From Camelus ferus (lineage: Eukaryota): a stretch of DNA of 64,000 nucleotides. Where the stretch lies: positions 86,182,001-86,246,000 of the forward strand of contig NC_045696.1 of assembly GCF_009834535.1 (NCBI RefSeq), in the 5' to 3' direction. Below the pieces are notes generated by a model. That model saw only the letters and a list, made by a program, of their open reading frames with translations. It did no database searches and was not told where the DNA came from. This document shows, in pieces, positions 55,990 through 64,000 of this stretch (positions are counted from its first letter, which is position 1; every line of letters starts with the position of its first letter). The translations under genes and the position numbers were made by a program.

Positions 55990-56460
55990 TAAAGGTATCT
56001 AAAAAGTGAGTTGCAGTTATATGCAATCTATATTGCTTTGTAGATAGCAATAAAGACTAGGGATTGGTTTTGAAAAATAAGAATATTCCAGATAAAAGAA
56101 GGTACACTTAGCATACAGAATAAAGGCTAGTCAAGGGCTGTAAGTTTACATAGCCTATATGAGGGGATGTTGGGTAGCTACGAGATGGCAATTTGTACAG
56201 TGGTCAAATGGAGTACGAGCAAAGGGCATGGAGATATCATATTTTTGTTTTGGAAAGGTAACGTACATGGCGGTGTGCAATGTGGATTTAAAAGAAGAAA
56301 ATTCTGATAGGGAGTTCTGTTAAGAGACTACAGTATTGAAATAACCCAGGAACGGAGGTGAACTGGAGCCTAAATTATTTGTCAATTATACCTCAATAAA
56401 GTTGGCACGACTCCTGAACTGGAGTGTTGGTAAATAAAACAGAGGAGAGAGAAAAACAGG
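55990..56460 (-). mobile_element. L2 fragment, left of the GC-rich block
   Basis: Purine-rich L2-like sequence 'gggagttctgttaagagactacag..cctgaactggagtgttggt..gaggagagagaaaaacagg'. Confidence 0.55.
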
Positions 56461-56499
56461 TACCTGCCGGAGGTTAGGTTTCCCAGACGTACCACACCT

Positions 56500-56690
56500 G
56501 TGGCTCGAATTCTAAAGCACGCCAAAGCTGTGCGCCTGCGCAGTTCCATCTTTCGCGGCTTGTTGCCGTTTCCGCTTCGCCGGCAGGATTTATCCTCCAG
56601 CCTCTCTTCTGCTTCTCCGGCTCAGCGCTCTCCTGTCTTCTCGGAGCTGATTTTACATCGTTCTGAGTTGAGAGAGAAGGAGGGTAAGTC
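56500..56690 (+). promoter_or_regulatory. CpG-rich promoter / candidate first exon with 5' splice donor
   Basis: NRF1 TGCGCCTGCGCA (56531-56542), YY1 CCATCTTT (56546-56553), E2F-like TTTCGCGG, ETS-like TTTCCG. CpGs are retained in a CpG-depleted window. Donor AGG|GTAAGT at 56683/56684. Confidence 0.65.
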
Positions 56691-56696
56691 TACAAA

Positions 56697-57997
56697 ATGG
56701 CTTTGGTTTGGGTGCTGTGGCTTTCTATCTCCAGTACTCTTGGGCTTCTGCAGAGGAAACGGCGCTGATGCTCAAGCGGGGCTGTGTGAGCCGGCCCCCC
56801 CTCCGTAGGCGCCGGCCGCCCTCCCTAGGCTCCGGGCCCACGCTTCTCCCTCCCCCGGTTCGCCCAGGCCTTGGTGGAGGGTGCACCATCAACTGCTGGG
56901 TGGGAACAGTGAAGTAGAAGAGGGGGATGTGGGGAAGGCAGCGTCTCCAGCAGGCCCAGCCCTGGCAGCCTCAGAAACAAGGGCTCCGGTGTTCCCTCGC
57001 ACTCCCTGGGCCCGAGGTACCACCTCTGGGCCAAGGCCGCCTTCTCAGCCCTCTGTGCCTGCGTGCTCTGTGGACCAAGACTTGGGCAAGACCAGTGGAG
57101 CCCAGCAGTTCACATTGGGAGATGGCACCTTGGACTACCTGGCAGGAATGATGCCCTCTGCCACCCAGTGCCGGGACACCAAGTCTGGGCCCTCTCGGTG
57201 GAGATGGGCCTGGACATCCTGCTCTGGTGGCTGGGCGCTTGGTGGGAGTACCATGCCTCTCGGTGACTCCCGCACCGCAGTCGGCAAGATTATTTGGGGT
57301 GTCTGCCAGGCGGTGGTTTAGTGGCTGGGTCCCTGCCATGTGCGGGCTTCCTTCAAACGGGTGGGTCTCCGGGTCTCGGTGGCCGCTTTCTGTAGCCCTA
57401 CAAGGCGTCTCCAACTGGAAGGGCCCCATTCTGGCCCTCAGGGATTCCATCTTGTCCTACTGTGAAGTGGAGGGGACTGGTACTCATTGGTTCTGCAGGC
57501 TGTGGTTGTCTGGGAGGTCCTTTTTAGAGTCAACACAGGCTGGCCTGGGGGTGCCACCCACCACTGCCACCATCACCAGGTACACTACCACCCAGGACAT
57601 CAGGGTTGGCTCGTGGGTGGCCTAGACTTGGAGGCATGTTGTTTGCAGGAGCATAGAGAGTAATTGTACATGGAGGTCAGACTAACCACTGCTCCCGTGG
57701 TTGATGAAAACCCTTTGCAGGTGAGCTAGGAGCATCGCAGGTGTGGCAAGGATTTAATCTGGGCTCTTGATTAGCCCTGGATACCGCAGGTAGTTCTTGT
57801 TGCCGAGGAGCCGCTGGTGTAGCCTTTGTGAAAGGAAATGACACAGCTGTGACCCACCCCCACTCATTTCTGCCTACTTCACCTGTAATTGTATATGAGG
57901 ATGAAGAAGAAGGCTGCGGGAATGGGTGGCTCCACTGGACTGGAAGAGGGAACTGGAGCAGCCAGGGTACTCAGAAGAAGAGGAGGAAGGGAGGCGA
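56697..57997 (+). pseudogene. PIF/Harbinger transposase-derived (DDE_Tnp_4, HARBI1/ALP1-like) gene, frameshifted
   Basis: Stitching + frames gives collinear family motifs: RYHLWAK..DQW..QQFTLGDGTLDYLAGMMPSATQCRDTK/VWALSVEMGLDILLWWLGAWWEYHA/SRTAVGKIIWGVCQAVV../ALQGVSNWKGPILALRD..SY/GDWYSLVLQAVVVWEVLFRVNTGWPGG../SD*PLLPWLMK/PFAGELG..FN../RSRWCSL/KGND..ISAYFT..EDEEE..EW..LEQP. High GC3 in these frames. Candidate start aaaATGG at 56697. Confidence 0.85.
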
Positions 57998-58824
57998 GAC
58001 AAGGATTGGTGGGGATACAGTACTTGGAGGGTAGGAGTGAGGGATGAGAATTGAGTACCTGCTTGAATCCAAAGCTGAGCTGTCCATAGGGGAATGAAAG
58101 GAGCAGTGGGGATGGGCACCATCATAGCCCCTCTGGACTTTAATTTTGTTGGAGTTCAGGACAGAGATGCCCCAGGCCTGCAGAAGTTAAAGATTGAGAG
58201 GGTCACAAGACCACAGCTGTGCCATCCAAGGTTTTCTGTTCCCTTCCTCCTCGCCCTGTATTTGTCCCCTTCTTTACTCTTCCTTCTTCCCTTCTAAAGC
58301 ATAGCAGGAGGCCTCATCCTCTTCCCCTTATGTCCTCCACTGTCTTTTAGCTTTACCTCTCCTCCACCTGGGACTGGGTCCAGAACTCGAATCTCAGTCT
58401 GGGCTTGGAGCTGGACACAGAGCTGGGAACCATTAGTCCTAGTGTAGTCTCCTATCGGCGCCTTGGGGACTGGGCTAGGACTTAAAGAGGGTGGAGGTGG
58501 GCTTGGATTGGGGGAACTGGTGGAGGATCCTTGGCTGGTGGCAGTGCTTTTGCTTGGTGGATGAACTGCGGCATTTCCATGTCTGTTGGTGGTAGCAGGA
58601 TTGTGAGTGGCTGTTGTGGACTCATGGCAGTGGTGCCTATTGTAGTTCCAAGTGGTGGTTCTGTGGCTCTTGGTAGTTCTGTGGCTGTTCTAGGGCTTCG
58701 TGTGCTTTCTGTAGCTGTATATGTCACCGTGAAGGATGGTGGCAGAGTGGCTGATTTTTTATGACGATAGTCATTCCTTGTCCTCTGAGCTTTCAGCAGG
58801 AGAAAGACTGGTTGGCAACTCAGG
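57998..58824 (-). pseudogene. CD68: Unspliced CD68 (macrosialin) gene fragment: intron 1 end, exon 2 (58357-58789), intron 2 (58178-58356), exon 3 (58059-58177), intron 3 start
   Basis: Translation AQRTRNDYRHKKSATLPPSFTVT..TEST / SHRTTKSHRTTT..TTATHNPATT..HGNAAVHP..PPPPSLSPSP..IGDYTRTNGSQLCVQLQAQTEIRV..GGGE | AWGISVLNSNKIKVQ..GAHPH / LLSFPYGQLSFGFKQ matches recalled CD68. GT-AG boundaries are intact. Both exons carry frameshifts. Confidence 0.93.
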
Positions 58825-59020
58825 GCAAAAATAAACAAGTAGGACTACATCAAAGTAAAAAATTTCTGCACAACAAAGGAAACAATTAACCGATTGAAAA
58901 GGTAACCTGGAATAGGAGAAAATATTTGCAAACTGTATGCCCCATAAGGGGTTAAAATCCAAACTATATAAGGAACTCATACAACTCAGTATCAGAGAAA
59001 CTAATAATACAATTAAAAAC
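58825..59020 (+). mobile_element. Internal L1 ORF2 fragment fused to the CD68 piece
   Basis: 'gcaaaaataaacaagtaggactacatcaaag..tctgcacaacaaaggaaacaat..gagaaaatatttgcaaac..tataaggaactcatacaactca'. No 3' UTR or poly-A. Confidence 0.9.
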
Positions 59021-59023
59021 AGG

Positions 59024-59400
59024 AAACTGTTTAGAGGAGGAAGAAAAGATATACAATATAAGGAAGAACAGATTTTCTAAAAATGGCTGTAAGATGTAGT
59101 GGCTTTAGAAAAGGATTTGGGATTTTATAACTAGTAATTACTAGCAAGAGCAGTTTCAGTGCAGTTGTAAGAAATAAAGGCAGATTCTAATATGGTGAGT
59201 AATTAATGTAAGTAATGAGGGGGAGAAAAAGTGGACTTTTTTTTTAATGTTGGGTATTAAAAAGATAAAAGAAAATTGATGGGATTGTTTATATTAAGAA
59301 CCTTAAGGATGTTTAAAGCCTGCAAGGAAGGTGTCAAAAAGGAGAGAGGGGAGGAAGGAGAAAAGGGTAGAGGAAAGAGAGGAGAGAGATATTAAGATAC
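59024..59400 (-). mobile_element. L2 fragment, right of the GC-rich block
   Basis: 'gcaagagcagtttcagtgcagttg..ggcagattc' is a typical antisense L2 motif. Confidence 0.55.
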
Positions 59401-60284
59401 TGTCTTAAAAGTTTAGGTGTTTCACTTAGATGAATTTCACTTTTACAAAGTATAAGAAACCTATGGCATTAGGTTTCCAGGATTTAGACTAAGTCAAGAC
59501 CCAATGCCCTTTATTAAAAATCTTGAAATTTCTGTAATCTCTTATGCATAATAAAAGATAAAACTTGGGTGAAAAAAAGAAAATGCTACACAAGAAAAGA
59601 TTAGTAACTTGTTTAAAATGCCAGTTCCTAGTAACATTCCGATTTATAACTTCTGGATTGTAATTAAAGAGTTTACATTTTAATACTAAAACAGGCATTA
59701 GTTTTTAAGATTGAATGTAATTGTAATATCCAAACCCATTTTTATTATTAATAGCAGTGAGGAAGTTTTATCTGTGTTAACTTTCAAAAGTCATTAATAC
59801 ATCTTTCAGATATACTTAGAATCTGTGTGTGTGTATACATATATATAAGAATATATATATTATTATATCAAATATATAGACATTTAAATATATACACTAG
59901 AATATATATATAAACAAGAATATTCTGATATACATACACATATATGTATATATTATATGTATTCAGTATGGGGTCACCTCTTTGTGGAGAGAGATGGGGC
60001 AAATGTGTAGGGGCGCACAGAGAACATCATCCGTTGTTTTTTTCCCCCTAATTTATAAGCTGGGTGACAGTACATGAGTTTGATTTGCTACTTAAAAAGA
60101 AAACAAACTCTACCCATACTTTATATGTTTTTGTATATAATTAAAGAGTTGAAGGAAAAGTCAAATTGAATATATACACTGTCATATATCTTCTCAAGAT
60201 ATGGGCATTTACAAGATATAGATATCATGATACCAGTAGAACAAGACAAAGTAGTAGCTCTTTATCAGAGTTTTGTGTTTGAAA

Positions 60285-60790
60285 TCAACTGAATCCCATC
60301 CTGGCTGAATGAGATAGAACACAAATTTATTAGCGGACCCTGGGCAACTCTCATAATTTCTGAATGGACCACAGAATCAGGTTGTGACTCCAGGAACAAC
60401 CTTCCAAATCACATTGCATAACAGTTTTGGTGATGGAAACCTTGCAGCTGCCAAGAACCAAAGATCAGCTTGAACTGCAGCACAGCCAGGCCTTAGCACT
60501 GCTACTGCATCAACTCCAGGAAGCTGGCCTTCCTGTAGCTGTTGCCAGAGGCAGATTTTGGCCATCCCCAGTTGCTTCCATCACCAGATACTAATTCAAG
60601 GTCTGGGTGGATTATTTTACTGCTGTTGAGCCAATGCCATATGACTATGTTTTAGGTGCAAGGATAAGGTAATAGCTGACATTTTTAAGCTCCTGCAATT
60701 GGAGGCTTTCTTAGTTTTTCACTGAGAATCATAATGTGGGAATTTTCCTATACACAGAAAGGGTTTTCAGATACTGGGCAGCCAAAGTAA
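60285..60790 (-). mobile_element. Old MaLR (MLT1-type) LTR fragment
   Basis: Degenerate MLT1-like motifs ('gagccaatgccatatgactatg', 'gatactgggcagccaaag'). Confidence 0.4.
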
Positions 60791-60919
60791 GAGCAGCACA
60801 GGAGAGAGAGAAAGAGAGGTTTACTACAAGCTTTATTCATGTTGTGAACACTATCTAGATTCTCAAGAAGAAATTAACTGCATTGAATATATTGTTTTCC
60901 CTGTTCATGTCTATAAAGC

Positions 60920-61141
60920 AGAGTTTCCCAGTCTCAGCACTATTGACATTTTGGGCCAGATGATTTTTTTATTTGGGGATCTATCCTTTGCGGTTTAGAA
61001 TGTTGAGCATCATTTCTGGTGTCTGCCCATTTGATGCCAGTAGCCATCCCCTACCCATCCCAGATATGACAACCAAAAGTGTCCCCATTCATTGACAAAT
61101 GCTTTTTGCGAGGGCAAAATTGTTCCGACTGAGAACCATTG
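60920..61141. mobile_element. MER20, opposite orientation to the 16618 copy
   Basis: 'cagcactattgacattttgggccagatgatt..gatgccagtagc..tgacaaccaaaagtgtc..gagaaccattg'. Confidence 0.85.
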
Positions 61142-61794
61142 CTATAAAACTATGCTAATGCATAGCTTCATCATAACAGACAATGGGAGAATATAACATG
61201 AAATTCCAGTCCATAGCACATATGTTGGTAAACACAGTTTAATCTTCAAGTCACTTGTATAGGATTTTTATTCAAATACCTTATCTTCAAATAGGTTTTA
61301 ACTTTCATAAGTTAAGAACATCCATCTTTTTATGGCATGGTCATGAAGTAAGTGCAAGCAACATACCAGTAAGTGCAACATCCTACTTAAAAGTTTAGAG
61401 ATAGATCGCACCCTCCCAGATACTGCTTCTCTTTTATTATCTGTGTGATGGGGCACGTATTACTGTACCTCAGTTTTGCCTAAAAGAATGGAGGTCTAAA
61501 AAGTAAACATAGTAAACTCTTATTATCAGAAACAAATGAGTAATTGCACATATGAACTATGTTGTGTGTCCATTTGGTGTGACTAATTATTGAATGAAAG
61601 ATTAAATCTGAGGAGACTTCGTGTTTTGGAACTGAGTTTACAATCCTCATTTGTCTCTCTTACCATTATCTCTCTTACTACTCTTTTTCCTTAGTCTTGC
61701 CTGCTATTTTTCGGTAAAACAGCATTCTTTTTGTTTTTGAGTCAGCCCTGCTGCTCTGCGCAGCTCCAGGGGGCATCAGTCATTCTACATAGGC

Positions 61795-62172
61795 TATGCC
61801 TCAGGCCTTTTATTCAGCTGCTCTTCCATCTGAAAGAGGCTTTTGTTGACTGGCTTCTGTCAATCAGATATTTAAATGTTACCTCTCAGAGAGACTTCTC
61901 ATAATCTTCCAAATATATATACCTACTTAGTGACTGTGACATAATTGTATTTTAACTTTATGCATGCTATATACTCATTGTTTTTAATGTGTGTGTGTTG
62001 TGCATGTATAAATTAGTCGATTTATTGGTTTATTATCTTTATCCCTGAAGTAGAATTTAAGGTCCATTAGAGGAGGAAATTTATCTGGCATTTTCACAGA
62101 TACCCTAGGTGCTTAGGAAACTGTCAGGCACGTGGTAAGGCTTAGTAATGTTTTTTGAGGGAATGAATGAAA
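61795..62172 (+). mobile_element. L2 3' end
   Basis: 'aatgttacctctcagagagacttctc..gtcaggcacgtggtaaggcttagtaatg..gaatgaatgaa' includes the L2 (TGAA)n tail. Confidence 0.75.
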
Positions 62173-63088
62173 AAATGAGGGTTAAAAATCTCCTGAAGAA
62201 CTGAGAATGTTTTTCACAGTTACTAAATTCTTTGATATCCCCTTATCAAAAAGAATTTTATCTAGAGAGTAACTAAGTGGCAGTAGAACCCTTTGATTTT
62301 TATAGACTAGGAGGAAAAATCAGTAACTAGCATATGATTTCTGATACTTAATTTACGGAATGAAAACAAATGAGACAAATAATCCAAATTATCATTTATT
62401 ATCACCAAAATGTAGGAAGAACATTATCTTTAAACACAGGGCAGTCTTTCAGTTTTAATAAATATTGTCATATAAAGAACTAATTACATTGATTCTAATT
62501 TTTCACAACTTTTTCCCTTGCAAACTAGGGAAAGCTTATTTATAGACCAATTGGCAAACTTTGTAAAGTGTTGGTTTAAAGCAGAGAATAGAATTCTTTA
62601 GTCTAAACTGAAAGCTTGTCAGTTTCAGGTACTTTTTACAGAGTTGGCCAGAGTAGTAAAGTGTTCTCCATGTCTGACACAGGGGGCCGGAGGCTTTGTG
62701 TAGCCATTTTTACATTTTCTGCCTTTGAACTTTGCTTTTCTTATTTTGAATACGTCGGCTTTTAAGGTGTTCCATTAATACCCACTAATACTAGTTGCTA
62801 ACATCAGTTTTGACTCTAGTCTGGATGCAGAACATGAAAGCAGTGATGGCTTTTGAAAAAGGTGACCATGGCCTTAGCTCTTGAAGTAATTAGGAAATAA
62901 TCAGATTTGGAGAAGGATGTAATAGATATTCAACGGGCAGACAGAGGTATTGACATGTGCAAGACAGAGGTGGAACGTAAGGAGTCATATATGGGAAATG
63001 ACTTAGATATTTACTTGCCAGGAGAAATCAAGGCTTAAGATTAAATTTCTATTTATTTCTTTTCTGATTTATATTCTCTGTCCAGAGT

Positions 63089-63092
<4 letters not shown>

Positions 63093-63138
<46 letters not shown>
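63093..63138. repeat. (TG)~23 microsatellite
   Basis: Directly visible. Confidence 0.97.
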
Positions 63139-63142
<4 letters not shown>

Positions 63143-63344
63143 ACACAGACATCAAAGAAGAATTCTGTATGGCCCCTTGGTTCTGATTTGTCTTGTGATA
63201 CAGCGTTCCAGAATTACTGTCCAGTGGAGAAGTTTCCTTCATGTCCTCACAAGGGGAACCGCTTTACACTTACACATCACTTGAGCGTGAGACGACCGGT
63301 TTTTTCAGAGTTAGCTGAAGCAGGTTTCTCCATTCTCGTTACAG

Positions 63345-63584
63345 TAAAGAGGATTTGAATGCTTTACCTCTCACTGCTTAGATAGCACACACACATGAGC
63401 CGCCGCCGGGCTCCCGCTCTCCAGACTGAAGAAGAAATAGATATATTTGATTTGTGATGGATATCACTTACAAATGTTATGTTAACTACTGCTGTAGCTG
63501 TCGCTGTTTCCTTAGCCTCTTACACACTCAGGGATATTTTTTTTCCTGAATTGAATATCTGAATATGATTTTTCACAAGAGCAG
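63345..63584 (+). other. Candidate non-coding or 5' UTR exon of an unidentified downstream gene
   Basis: Apparently unique sequence with local CpG retention (gagccgccgccgggctcccgc). Acceptor-like ttctccattctcgttacag| and strong donor GCAG|GTAAGC. Confidence 0.3.
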
Positions 63585-64000
63585 GTAAGCAAAAACCAGC
63601 ATGTTAAAATCTTTTATTTTTAGAAATACTCTTTTAGGAAAGAATGTTCTTTTTCTCTATGAAAATGCAAAAATTTTGAGACCACTGTACATTAATTTAT
63701 CTTCTTCTGATACGCACTTAGGGGTTAGGACTGATTTAAATATTGTCAGGATTGCCTTATATATCCTCCTTTGCTTCTCTGTGCCATTTTCGAAGGCCAC
63801 GTTTCTTGAATGTAGCAGCATTTAACTAAAATTGAAAACTCGTCTGACGTCTTTAATAAAAATATAAGCACAGGAAGGAACATTCTTGTCAGTGCCAGTA
63901 TCCATCCATTTACTTCTCCCAGGTAAAATTAAAGAGTCATTCTTTTCTTCATGGTTGTACTGAACTCTGTTTCACAAAAGCAGTTTGCTGTATTTGTATA

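Noticed and set aside
56500..57625. Overlapping 60-159 aa ORFs on both strands listed in the track
   Set aside because: They are by-products of high GC content. Only pieces of the + frames carry the Harbinger-like motifs, and none is an intact gene.
58482..58838. 118-aa mucin-like ORF as a functional CD68 gene
   Set aside because: Its start lies in L1/intron sequence, it frameshifts out of the CD68 frame after TEST, and exon 1 and the later exons are absent.
56460..59020. Autonomous Harbinger transposon (TIRs, 3-bp TWA TSD, Myb/SANT partner ORF)
   Set aside because: I found no terminal inverted repeats and no Myb/SANT-like ORF by eye in or around the block.

Overview
AT-rich eutherian genomic DNA. 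It is probably a camelid or other cetartiodactyl, inferred from the young L1 3' UTR type and from seeing no Alu, Bov-tA, PRE1, Can-SINE or ERE SINEs. No intact protein-coding gene is evident. Most of the window is intergenic or intronic sequence filled with L1, L2, MIR, LTR (MER21, MER34-like, MER31, MLT1/2) and DNA-transposon (Tigger1, MER20, MER3, MER58, MER94) relics. The exception is a GC-rich island at about 56.46-59.02 kb with three parts. (1) A CpG promoter-like segment carries NRF1, YY1, E2F and ETS motifs plus a strong splice donor. (2) A decayed, intronless, near full-length PIF/Harbinger-type (DDE_Tnp_4, HARBI1/ALP1-like) transposase-derived ORF lies on + and is not HARBI1 itself. 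(3) An antisense, intron-retaining CD68 fragment (exon 2, intron 2, exon 3) fused to an L1 ORF2 piece truncates the ORF's C-terminus. All family assignments come from recalled consensus or protein sequences, not database searches. Repeat boundaries are approximate.
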